46,035 nucleotides of DNA from positions 1 to 46,035 of the forward strand of contig WLOE01000003.1 of NCBI GenBank assembly GCA_009699465.1, given 5' to 3'. This DNA is from Actinomycetota bacterium. Lineage in GTDB: Bacteria > Actinomycetota > Actinomycetes > S36-B12. Below are positions 14,626-23,348 of this stretch, one piece after another. The stretch's first letter is position 1; each line of letters starts with the position of its first letter. The position numbers and the translations under genes are program-made. Below the pieces are notes generated by a model that ran no database searches, had not been told where the DNA came from, and saw only the letters and a program-made list of their open reading frames with translations.

Positions 14626-16677
14626 ATGTCCCGATTTGGAAAACCTCGGCCAGAAGCTGACGTAAGCCTTTCCAATTCCCCGTGGCTGGCCCCCGTTACC
14701 ACCGTTGCTGCCGAACTCTCGGGCCGCTTCCCCATCACTGATGTGTCACCTGTGGTGCTCGGTGGCCGCCGCCCTGCAGCAGCCGCCGTAGGCGAAGCCA
14801 TCCCGGTCCAAGTCACAGCCTTTCGTGATGGGCACGACAGCCTTGGGGTGCAGGTCGTACTCCACAGCCCAACTGGCCAAGAACATTCCCGCGTGCGCAT
14901 GCAGGCCAACAACGATGGCCTTGATACCTGGAGCGCACATGTGCGCCCCGATGCCATGGGCCTATGGCACTTCACCATCGAAGCCTGGGGTGACCCTTGG
15001 GACACATGGACGCATCGCGCTGAAATCAAAATTCCTGCGAATCTCGATGTCGCCCTTGAATGCGAAGAAGGCGCACGAATCCTTGAACGAGCGCTACCAA
15101 CGTTTACCGGCGACGACCGCTCGCTCATCACCACAGTGATCTCTACCTTGCGCTCTGACCTGCCCGCACAGGTGAAACTTGCCGCAGCAACTGATCCGCA
15201 TGTTCAGCAAGCAATGCATAACAACCCACTTCGGGACTTTGTCACCACCAGTGGCCCTTGGCCACTACAGGTGCAGCGACGCCGCGCACTCGTGGGTGCT
15301 TGGTACGAAATGTTTCCGCGCAGTGAAGGCGCGGATCTCGTCAAGAAAACCTCGGGAACTTTTCGCAGTGCACTGTCACGCCTTGAAGCAATTGCTGCCA
15401 TGGGTTTTGACGTGGTCTACGTGCCACCAATTCATCCAGTCGGCGAGGTGAATCGCAAAGGCCCGAACAATACATTGACCACCAAGGCCGGCGACCCAGG
15501 TTCACCATGGGCAATCGGTTCCAAAGCGGGTGGACACGATGCCGTACACCCTGACCTTGGTTCATTAAAAGACTTCGATGCCTTCGTCAAGCGTTGCAAT
15601 GAGCTTGGTATGGAAATCGCACTCGACCTTGCGCTGCAAGCGGCGCCGGATCACCCGTGGGTTGCTGCGCACCCCGAATGGTTTACCACTCGCGCCGATG
15701 GAACGATCGCTTACGCAGAGAACCCGCCAAAGAAGTATCAAGATATTTACCCGTTGAACTTCGACAATGATCCTGAAGGTTTGTATCTGGAAGTTGAGCG
15801 CATTACACGGTTCTGGGTAAATCGCGGGGTTCGAATTTTCCGTGTTGATAACCCACACACCAAGCCGGTGTGGGTCTGGGAACGCCTGATCGCCGCTATC
15901 AACGCTACCGACCCCGACGTGCTGTTCCTGGCTGAAGCGTTTACCCGACCGCCAATGATGCGCGCGCTTGCTGAAGTGGGATTTCAACAGAGCTATACCT
16001 ACTTCACTTGGCGAAACGAGCGCGCTGAACTTGAGGAGTACTTCACCGAACTAGCGACAACGTCCGCTGTAGCCATGCGGCCAAATCTTTTTACTAATAC
16101 TCCAGACATCCTGACCGAATATCTTCAGAACGGTGGGCCGCACGCTTTTGCCATTCGCGCAGTTCTCGCAGCAACCTTGGCGCCGACCTACGGCATCTAC
16201 AGCGGCTTTGAACTCTTTGAACACGTTGCCCTCAAGTCTGGTAGCGAGGAATATCTCGACACTGAAAAATTTGAGTATCGTCCACGTGACTGGGAGCAAG
16301 CAGCCGAACTTGGCATCACGCTCGCACCGATGTTGTCCAAGCTCAACGAGATTCGTCGTGCCCATCCCGCGCTTCAAGACTTGCGTTCGTTGAAATTCCA
16401 TCCAAGTGACAATCCTCATGTGATGGCTTTTTCTAAGCTCGATCAAGATGATCTGATTCTGGTCGTGGTCAATCTTGATTCCTACAACGAACAGCACAGC
16501 AATATCTCGTGGAATATGCCCGCACTGGATATGCCGTGGAATGAACGTTTCATCGCTGAAGATCTCCTCAACGACCTGTCTTGGACTTGGGAACAACACA
16601 CCTATGTACGACTTGCCCCGTGGGAGCAGGTTGCGCACGTGATTCATGTACCCAGAGGTCCGCGCAATGGCAACTAA
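14626..16677 (+). CDS. glgE: Alpha-1,4-glucan:maltose-1-phosphate maltosyltransferase
   Basis: WYEMFPRS, RKGPNN, YAENPPKKYQDIYP, FRVDNPHTKP, LAEAFT, NTPDIL; start uncertain (ATG 14626 preferred because of TACGGT -10 at 14613-14618; in-frame ATG 14572 is an alternative). Confidence 0.95.
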   Translation: MSRFGKPRPEADVSLSNSPWLAPVTTVAAELSGRFPITDVSPVVLGGRRPAAAAVGEAIPVQVTAFRDGHDSLGVQVVLHSPTGQEHSRVRMQANNDGLDTWSAHVRPDAMGLWHFTIEAWGDPWDTWTHRAEIKIPANLDVALECEEGARILERALPTFTGDDRSLITTVISTLRSDLPAQVKLAAATDPHVQQAMHNNPLRDFVTTSGPWPLQVQRRRALVGAWYEMFPRSEGADLVKKTSGTFRSALSRLEAIAAMGFDVVYVPPIHPVGEVNRKGPNNTLTTKAGDPGSPWAIGSKAGGHDAVHPDLGSLKDFDAFVKRCNELGMEIALDLALQAAPDHPWVAAHPEWFTTRADGTIAYAENPPKKYQDIYPLNFDNDPEGLYLEVERITRFWVNRGVRIFRVDNPHTKPVWVWERLIAAINATDPDVLFLAEAFTRPPMMRALAEVGFQQSYTYFTWRNERAELEEYFTELATTSAVAMRPNLFTNTPDILTEYLQNGGPHAFAIRAVLAATLAPTYGIYSGFELFEHVALKSGSEEYLDTEKFEYRPRDWEQAAELGITLAPMLSKLNEIRRAHPALQDLRSLKFHPSDNPHVMAFSKLDQDDLILVVVNLDSYNEQHSNISWNMPALDMPWNERFIAEDLLNDLSWTWEQHTYVRLAPWEQVAHVIHVPRGPRNGN

Positions 16678-18859
16678 GCCCACTATGCGTGTGGCTACTT
16701 CAGATAGTGATCTTGATCGAGTTGTAGATGGTTGGCATCACGACCCGCACAGCATTCTTGGACCTCATTCTTCACACGACTCAGTCACTATTCGTGCACT
16801 TCGACCACTTGCCGATGCAGTGACACTCGTAACCCCAACGGTAAGAATTCCGATGACTCATGAACATCGCGGGATTTGGTACGCGATTGTTCCTGGCACC
16901 GAAATTCCAAGCTATGTTCTTGATGCCGCCTACGACGGAGAAGTGATTCCCGGAGATGATCCGTATCGCTTCCTTCCCACCTTGGGTGATGTTGATTTGC
17001 ACCTCATCAGCGAAGGTCGACATGAAGAGTTGTGGAATGTGCTCGGCGCACATGTGCGCAGCTATGACACGTCATTTGGTTTAGTTACTGGAACTTCTTT
17101 CGCTGTGTGGGCGCCAAGCGCACAAGGCGTCCGAGTCAGCGGCGATTTCAACTTCTGGAATGGCACAGCCCACCCCATGCGTTCACTGGGCTCAACTGGC
17201 GTGTGGGAATTGTTCATCCCAAACATCGGTGACGGCGTGACCTACAAGTATCAAATTCTGGGTCACGATGGGGTTTGGCGCGATAAGGCTGATCCAATGG
17301 CACACGCCACCGAAATTCCGCCAGCAAGCGGATCGCGCGTCTTCACTTCTACGTATACGTGGAATGACAAAACATGGCTTGATCAACGTGCGGCAAGCGA
17401 TCCACATCGCAATCCCATCAGCATCTACGAGGTGCACTTGGGATCATGGCGCGAGGGTTTGAGTTATTGCGAGCTGGCAACGCAACTCGTTGAATATGTG
17501 CAGCGGACTGGTTTCACCCACGTTGAATTTATGCCACTTGCCGAGCACCCATATTCACCTTCCTGGGGTTACCACGTGACCTCGTATTACGCGCCATCTT
17601 CGCGCTTTGGTTCACCTGATGATCTTCGCTACCTGATCGACGCGTTACACAACGCGGGAATTGGAGTGATCGTCGATTGGGTGCCTGCACATTTCGCAAC
17701 TGACCCTTGGGCGTTGGTGAGATTTGATGGATCCGCACTCTATGAACATCCAGATCCCCGTCGCGGCGAACACCCTGACTGGGGCTCATTCATTTTCAAC
17801 TACGGCCGGACTGAAGTGCGCAACTTCCTCGTTTCTAATGCCATTTATTGGCTCGAGGAATTTCACGTAGATGGTCTACGCGTTGATGGCGTTGCTTCGA
17901 TGTTGTATCTGGATTACTCCCGTAAAGATGGCGAGTGGTATCCGAATCAATTTGGTGGTCGAGAAAACCTTGAAGCCGTGCAGTTCTTGCAAGAGATGAA
18001 TGCAACGGTCTACAAACGTGTACCTGGCGTGATGACGATTGCAGAAGAGTCGACCGCCTGGCCTGGTGTTACCCAGCCAACCTTTAATGGCGGACTTGGT
18101 TTCGGCTTCAAATGGAATATGGGCTGGATGCACGACTCTCTCGACTACATCGAGCATGAACCTATTCATCGCCAGTATCACCACGGCGAGATGACCTTCT
18201 CGATGGTCTATGCCTATAGCGAGCGATTTATCTTGCCTATTTCCCATGATGAAGTTGTGCATGGAAAGGGCTCACTCATCGGCAAGATGCCCGGTGACCG
18301 TTGGCAACAGCTAGCGAACCTGCGCGCATACCTTGGATTCATGTGGGCACACCCAGGTAAGAAGTTGCTATTCATGGGTTCGGAATTTGCGCAATCACAA
18401 GAGTGGAACAGCGAAAAGAGCCTTGAGTGGTGGCTTCTTGAACACCCAGAGCATCAAGGCGCACTAGCCGCAGTGAGCGATCTCAATCGCGTCTATCAAT
18501 CAACGCCAGCACTGTGGCAGCTTGATGATGAACCACGAGGCTTTGAATGGATCGACGCAAATGCTTCGGAAGCAAATGTATTTTCTTGGTTGCGATGGGA
18601 TGAATCTGGCAGTTGTGTTGCAGTAATCGTCAATATGTCACCCGTACCGCATCAGAACTACCGAATTGCGCTGCCCTTTGTTGGCGCCTGGCAAGAACTT
18701 TTCAACTCTGATGCACTGACCTATGGCGGCTCAGGGATGGGCAATCAAGGCGAAGTAACTGCCTTGCCAATTTCGTGGAATGGGCGTCCATCATCGGCTG
18801 ATGTTGTGGTGCCACCACTTGCTGCCGTGTACCTCTACTTTGGTCGGGCGCGCAGCTAA
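16667..18859 (+). CDS. glgB: 1,4-alpha-glucan branching enzyme
   Basis: FAVWAP, IYEVHLGSW, DWVPAHF, GLRVDGVASMLY, IAEEST, SHDEVVHGK; ATG 16667 overlaps the 3' end of glgE. Confidence 0.97.
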   Translation: MATKPTMRVATSDSDLDRVVDGWHHDPHSILGPHSSHDSVTIRALRPLADAVTLVTPTVRIPMTHEHRGIWYAIVPGTEIPSYVLDAAYDGEVIPGDDPYRFLPTLGDVDLHLISEGRHEELWNVLGAHVRSYDTSFGLVTGTSFAVWAPSAQGVRVSGDFNFWNGTAHPMRSLGSTGVWELFIPNIGDGVTYKYQILGHDGVWRDKADPMAHATEIPPASGSRVFTSTYTWNDKTWLDQRAASDPHRNPISIYEVHLGSWREGLSYCELATQLVEYVQRTGFTHVEFMPLAEHPYSPSWGYHVTSYYAPSSRFGSPDDLRYLIDALHNAGIGVIVDWVPAHFATDPWALVRFDGSALYEHPDPRRGEHPDWGSFIFNYGRTEVRNFLVSNAIYWLEEFHVDGLRVDGVASMLYLDYSRKDGEWYPNQFGGRENLEAVQFLQEMNATVYKRVPGVMTIAEESTAWPGVTQPTFNGGLGFGFKWNMGWMHDSLDYIEHEPIHRQYHHGEMTFSMVYAYSERFILPISHDEVVHGKGSLIGKMPGDRWQQLANLRAYLGFMWAHPGKKLLFMGSEFAQSQEWNSEKSLEWWLLEHPEHQGALAAVSDLNRVYQSTPALWQLDDEPRGFEWIDANASEANVFSWLRWDESGSCVAVIVNMSPVPHQNYRIALPFVGAWQELFNSDALTYGGSGMGNQGEVTALPISWNGRPSSADVVVPPLAAVYLYFGRARS

Positions 18860-18872
18860 GCACTCCATCAAA

Positions 18873-19775
18873 TTAGAAAAGAGCGCTTGCAAGTGCAGTG
18901 CGCGCAGGAATAACTGCCGGTTCATCCCCCGCGATCAAGAAGAGCTCAAGAAGTCGCGCGCGAAGACGCGCACGATCATCTCCTGCCGTAACTTTGATCG
19001 CGGCTATCAAACGATCAAAGGCTGCCCCCCAATTACCATCGAGCACATCGGCATCTGCAAGATCCATTTGTGCATCAACATCATCAACTGATGCAGAGGC
19101 GTTCAACACGGCAGTTTCAGTACGGCCATATAAACCGACCATCGCCAGGCCAGCCTGGGCATCAACATCATTGGGAGTAGCCGTCAGTACTGTTTGATAC
19201 GCCGCTGCTGCTGCATCCCAGTTGCCGGCTTCAATGGCGTCATAAGCCGCCGCAAATCGCGGATCGATGGGATCTTCTTCTACTTCCTGCTCCGCAACAG
19301 GAGCACCGCCAACGGTTCCGGTGACACCTTGCTGCGCAGCAATCTTCAATACCTCAGCGATGACTGCGCGGATTTGCGCTTCAGGCTGTGCACCTTGGAA
19401 CAACGCAGCAGGTTGGCCCTTGATAACAGCAAACACGGACGGCACTGATTGCACCTGGAACGCCTGAGCGAGGCGAGGCTGCGCATCTACATCAATTTTT
19501 GCCAAGATCCACGTGCCACCGGCTTCGGCAGCAAGCTTCTCCAACACTGGGGAAAGTTGCTTACACGGCCCACACCAGGTTGCCCAGAGATCCAAGATGA
19601 CAGGAACTGTTTCGGATTGAGCGATCACCGCCGCCTCGAACGTGGCTTCCGTGACATCGATGACCACGCCTGCCGGCGCATTGGCCTTTGCCATGGCAGC
19701 TTGTTCTTGTTGTTGACGGGCTGCGGCTAAGGCGCCTAAATCAATGGCCCCTTGGCCGGCAAAAGGTGTACTCAC
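18873..19775 (-). CDS. Thioredoxin-domain/TPR co-chaperone (YbbN/CnoX-like)
   Basis: GAIDL N-terminal motif, WCGPC thioredoxin site, C-terminal TPR-like helices ending LASALF; start GTG 19775 or ATG 19784. Confidence 0.9.
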   Translation of the reverse strand: MSTPFAGQGAIDLGALAAARQQQEQAAMAKANAPAGVVIDVTEATFEAAVIAQSETVPVILDLWATWCGPCKQLSPVLEKLAAEAGGTWILAKIDVDAQPRLAQAFQVQSVPSVFAVIKGQPAALFQGAQPEAQIRAVIAEVLKIAAQQGVTGTVGGAPVAEQEVEEDPIDPRFAAAYDAIEAGNWDAAAAAYQTVLTATPNDVDAQAGLAMVGLYGRTETAVLNASASVDDVDAQMDLADADVLDGNWGAAFDRLIAAIKVTAGDDRARLRARLLELFLIAGDEPAVIPARTALASALF

Positions 19776-19826
19776 GAACCCCATTCTTGCCTATGCCGTG
19801 CGGCCATTGATCAACGATGCGGATCT

Positions 19827-20717
19827 TTACCGCAGCAGACCACGACTCATCAGGGTGCGGCGGCGCAGAGGAGCAAAAATCAAGCGCTCGATCAGCACAC
19901 CGACAAACAAAATCATGAAGATCGAGCCAAGTACCAGCGCCATATCCCCCAGGGAACGGCCGTTATCCAGCATCTGACCCAAGCCAGGTCCAAGTGCTGG
20001 GGAAACAGCGATGAGCTCTGCCGCCATTAACGACCGCCAGGAGAAGGCCCAACCCTGCTCTAAGCCGGCGAGGTAGCCCGGCCAAGCCGCGGGCAGGACG
20101 ATCGCTCGTACACGAGTGAAACCTTTGGCTCCCAAAACTTGGCCTGCGCGCAAAATGATCGATGGAATCTGATCGATACCGTTCATCAAACCAATGGCGA
20201 TGGATGGAACAGCACCCAAGAGCACCACGGTGTAAATCGTGGCATCGGACAGTCCAAACCAGATGATTGCTGCAGGCACCCAAGCTACTGAGGGTAACTG
20301 CTGCAGACCCGTGAGTAACGGCCCAAAGATTGAACGCAAAGTCTTGTTCAGGCCAAGTGCCACGCCAATCGGGGTAGCAATCACAAGCGCGATCAGAAAA
20401 CCTTGAGCCGCGCGACGAATACTATTGAACGTTGACTGCCAAAGAATTTGATTCTCTGCTTGCTGACCAAGAGCTGCCCACACCTGCGAAGGTGACGGAA
20501 TGATGTAGTCAGGTTGCCATTGCAACCAAATAATGACTTGCCAAATTGCTATGACTGCACCAATAGCGATCAGTGGAGACAGCAAAGAGAACAAATACTT
20601 CTTGACACTGAACTTGTGCTGAGTTGGAGTTTCTAAGGCATCCAAACCGGATTCAAGGCGCTTGAGGTCAAGATCATTACCGTCTGACACTCCAGGGTTA
20701 ACAGTTTCAGCTGGCAT
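19827..20717 (-). CDS. ABC transporter permease, SsuC/TauC/NitT family
   Basis: IIPSP, GLQQLPSVAWVP, EAA-like loop (LRAGQVLGA), WRSLMAAEL; several TM segments; start overlaps the ATPase gene end. Confidence 0.92.
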   Translation of the reverse strand: MPAETVNPGVSDGNDLDLKRLESGLDALETPTQHKFSVKKYLFSLLSPLIAIGAVIAIWQVIIWLQWQPDYIIPSPSQVWAALGQQAENQILWQSTFNSIRRAAQGFLIALVIATPIGVALGLNKTLRSIFGPLLTGLQQLPSVAWVPAAIIWFGLSDATIYTVVLLGAVPSIAIGLMNGIDQIPSIILRAGQVLGAKGFTRVRAIVLPAAWPGYLAGLEQGWAFSWRSLMAAELIAVSPALGPGLGQMLDNGRSLGDMALVLGSIFMILFVGVLIERLIFAPLRRRTLMSRGLLR

Positions 20718-21462
20718 GGCGAACGATCTCCTTACGCAAGTTGTCTGTGATCTCACTCGCGAGCTCAGATACATAACTCGAGTACGTAGAGTCTGTTCGC
20801 CATGGCTCATTGGAACCGATGTTCCATTCCTTGATGAACCGGCCAGGTCGCGAGGACATCAGCAATACGCGTTCACTGAGTCGAACCGCTTCACGCACAT
20901 TGTGTGTGACGAAGATGATCGTGATTCCCGTTTCTTCCCAGATTCGGGTGAGTTCCTCATGCAAGAAATCTCGAGTGATTGCATCAAGGGCAGCAAATGG
21001 TTCATCCATGAGCAACACAGAACGACCTTGAGCTAGTGCGCGTGCAATTGCTACACGTTGTCGCATGCCGCCTGAAAGTTCATGTGGTCGCTGGTCATAC
21101 GAGCGCTCTAAGTGCACGAGATCCAGTAACTCCTGTGCCTTGTCTTTGCGCTCCTTGCGGGGAATTCCGCGCAACTCCAATGCGAGCTCAATATTTTTGC
21201 CAGCAGTGAGCCACGGCATTAATGCTGCTTCTTGGAACATCAAGGTAGGAGGGCCGGCAAGCTCTACCGTCCCTGACGTTGCAGACTCAAGGCCAGCCAA
21301 AATGTTCAACAACGTTGACTTGCCACACCCTGATGCTCCCACCAGCGAGACGAACTCCCCTGGCGTTACTGACAAGCTCACATCGTCAAGCACGATGGGC
21401 CCATCCGCGCTGAACTGCTTCACGATGTGGTGCAGTTCTACTGCTCCACTTGCGACCGTCAT
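20707..21462 (-). CDS. ABC transporter ATP-binding protein, SsuB/TauB/NitT family
   Basis: Walker A GASGCGKS, signature LSGGMRQR, Walker B LLMDEPF, H-loop FVTH; GAAAGG RBS. Confidence 0.95.
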   Translation of the reverse strand: MTVASGAVELHHIVKQFSADGPIVLDDVSLSVTPGEFVSLVGASGCGKSTLLNILAGLESATSGTVELAGPPTLMFQEAALMPWLTAGKNIELALELRGIPRKERKDKAQELLDLVHLERSYDQRPHELSGGMRQRVAIARALAQGRSVLLMDEPFAALDAITRDFLHEELTRIWEETGITIIFVTHNVREAVRLSERVLLMSSRPGRFIKEWNIGSNEPWRTDSTYSSYVSELASEITDNLRKEIVRHAS

Positions 21463-21492
21463 CTGTACCTTTCAAGGGTCATTTCTGCGTCA

Positions 21493-21515
21493 TTTCCAAG
21501 TAACCCGGTAGACAT
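21493..21515. promoter_or_regulatory. Putative Rrf2 operator 2, overlapping an internal promoter for the ABC ATPase/permease genes
   Basis: TTTCCAAGTAACCCGGTAGACAT; shares CATTTCC(A/T)AGTAA with the site at 22741; minus-strand TACATT -10 at 21519-21524 with TTCAAA 17 nt upstream. Confidence 0.55.
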
Positions 21516-21549
21516 TACAATGTAGATAGAGAATATCCAAATTTGAATG

Positions 21550-21593
21550 CGGAACGCCGGTGACAGGACCCCCATCCCGTCACCGGCGTTTCG
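21550..21593 (-). terminator. GC-rich hairpin after the substrate-binding protein gene (terminator or mRNA stabiliser)
   Basis: Arms AACGCCGGTGAC / GTCACCGGCGTT (12-bp perfect core) just downstream of the SBP stop; weak U-tract. Confidence 0.7.
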
Positions 21594-21606
21594 ACTACTT
21601 ACTCAC

Positions 21607-22716
21607 CTACTGCTGACCAAGGCCACCGGCAGAAACCAGACGCTGCTTTGACTGCTTGAGCAGGCTATTGAGCAAGCGCAGGTCGTAGATGCCGTTCAGC
21701 GCACCTGGCTTCAAGGTGAGAAGACCCGCGTTCACCGCATCGTCTGCACTCTTCTTTAAGGTTGCTGGCAGTGCATCCCATGTGAAGCGAAGTTGACCCC
21801 AAGCTCGATTGATTACCGAATCTGGAAGTGGCTTGCCCGTCCACTTGGTGATCTGCTCTTGAACAGCATCTTTTGCGGGAAGGATGTTCTTCGCAATCCA
21901 CTTAATTGAACTGTTATTCGCCTGAAGCACCGTGCGAACAGTTCCTGGGTACTGCTTCAGGAAGTTCTTGCCAGCGATGATGTTTGTCGTAACGAACTGA
22001 CCGCCTGGCCAAAGATCTTTCTCATCAACGAGAACCTTGCCGCCACCTTCAAGTACCAACCGTGATGCCCAAGGCTCTGGCACCCAGGCGCCGTCAATGT
22101 CACCCTTCTTGAACAGGGTCAACGTGGTTGCGTTGTCGGTAGGAATCACCGTGACATCGCCACCGCCAGCAACGTTGGTAGCAAAGCCTTTGTCCTTGAG
22201 GAATGAGCGAAGTGCAACGTCTTGAGTTCCACCAAGCTGAGGTGTGGCAATCTTCTTGCCCTTGAGGTCAGCAACACTGGTGATGTTTGGTCTCACGATG
22301 AGCGATGCCCCACCTGAAGCAACACCTGATACAACGTTGAGTAAGTCACCATTGGTTGAGGTGTACCCAGCAACTGATGGGTTGGGTCCGATATAACCAA
22401 TGTCGATCGCACCACCCTTAAGCGCTTCAATTTGCGCAGGACCAGCATTGAAGAGCACGTACTCAACGTTCGTGCCTTCCTTATTGAGGTACTGCTCGAA
22501 GAAACGCAGCTGCTGGCCAACGAGTGCTGGAGCATGCGTGACGTTGGCAAAGAAAGCAATGCGCACGGTCTTGGCAGTTGGCAACTTTGGTAATCCAGCT
22601 GATGCCGATGGAGTTGGAGTTGCTGTTGGCTTAGGCGCAGCCTGAACCGCCACTGGCAACAAGGCAACACTGGCTGCTGTTAGCGCGATGATCGCCCTTC
22701 TGGAGATCTTCTTCAT
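21607..22716 (-). CDS. ABC transporter substrate-binding protein, SsuA/TauA/NMT1 family (probable sulfate/sulfonate)
   Basis: FANVTHAPALVG, FNAGP, YIGPNP, ATPQLGGTQDVALR, AWVPEPW; start ATG 22716 with GAAAGGG RBS; N-terminal signal peptide ending AVQA. Confidence 0.92.
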   Translation of the reverse strand: MKKISRRAIIALTAASVALLPVAVQAAPKPTATPTPSASAGLPKLPTAKTVRIAFFANVTHAPALVGQQLRFFEQYLNKEGTNVEYVLFNAGPAQIEALKGGAIDIGYIGPNPSVAGYTSTNGDLLNVVSGVASGGASLIVRPNITSVADLKGKKIATPQLGGTQDVALRSFLKDKGFATNVAGGGDVTVIPTDNATTLTLFKKGDIDGAWVPEPWASRLVLEGGGKVLVDEKDLWPGGQFVTTNIIAGKNFLKQYPGTVRTVLQANNSSIKWIAKNILPAKDAVQEQITKWTGKPLPDSVINRAWGQLRFTWDALPATLKKSADDAVNAGLLTLKPGALNGIYDLRLLNSLLKQSKQRLVSAGGLGQQ

Positions 22717-22740
22717 CTTTCCCTTTCGTATTTCTAGGCA

Positions 22741-22763
22741 TTTCCTAGTAAGTTGATGGGAAA
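22741..22763. promoter_or_regulatory. Putative Rrf2 operator 1 (imperfect 11-1-11 inverted repeat)
   Basis: TTTCCTAGTAAGTTGATGGGAAA in the divergent spacer between the SBP and Rrf2 genes; length and symmetry fit Rrf2-family boxes. Confidence 0.6.
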
Positions 22764-22859
22764 CATAGTTATAGTTGGCAAAGAAAGCAAATTGGACACA
22801 CCGCGTGGCCAGTTTCCCCTTCCGCACTATTCCCCGCGAAAAAGAGGACAATGAAAACC

Positions 22860-23333
22860 GTGCATATCTCCGCCAAAGCCGATTACGGCATGCGCGCGCT
22901 TTTGGAACTCACCGCTTCATACCTCGAAAACCCCAAGAAGCTGGTCAAAGGCGACGCCATCAGTACCGCCCAAGATATTCCAGTGAAATTCCTTGAGGGA
23001 ATCCTTCGTCAACTACGCCAATCGGGCATCGTGGCCAGCCAGCGAGGTGCCGAGGGTGGGTACCGCCTTGATCGCTCCCCTAGCGAGGTCACGATCGCCG
23101 ATGTGGTGCGAGCTCTCGATGGCCCACTTGCGGCCGTTCGCGGCCAACGCCCAGAAGATGTTGAGTACGCGGGACCATCTGAACACCTCAAAGAGGTCTG
23201 GGTAGCGGTTCGCGCAGCGATGCGAGATGTCTTAGAGCACATCACCTTGGCCGATGTTGCCGCCAACAACTTGCCTGACCCTGTGACAAGACTCCTGGAT
23301 GAGCCAGGTGCATGGCAGCGACGCAAGCCATAG
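22860..23333 (+). CDS. Rrf2-family transcriptional regulator lacking Fe-S cysteines
   Basis: MHISAKADYGMRALLEL, FLEGILRQLRQSGIV, SQRGAEGGYRL, TIADVVRALDGP; start GTG 22860 or ATG 22851. Confidence 0.94.
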   Translation: MHISAKADYGMRALLELTASYLENPKKLVKGDAISTAQDIPVKFLEGILRQLRQSGIVASQRGAEGGYRLDRSPSEVTIADVVRALDGPLAAVRGQRPEDVEYAGPSEHLKEVWVAVRAAMRDVLEHITLADVAANNLPDPVTRLLDEPGAWQRRKP

Positions 23334-23348
23334 GGCAAGATTCCTTCC

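Noticed and set aside
14535-16683. Long antisense ORFs opposite glgE (199, 140 and 210 aa)
   Set aside because: Shadows of a well-supported gene; no recognisable motifs.
21565-21578. G5 loop of the SBP hairpin pairing with the C5 loop of the rpmE hairpin
   Set aside because: Only a short homopolymer match between unrelated transcripts; expected by chance.
22717-22851. Upstream extension of the SBP ORF, or a Cys-containing leader peptide for the sulfur operon
   Set aside because: Spans the operator and promoter spacer; the strong RBS is at 22716; no separate short Cys-rich ORF with a start signal was found.
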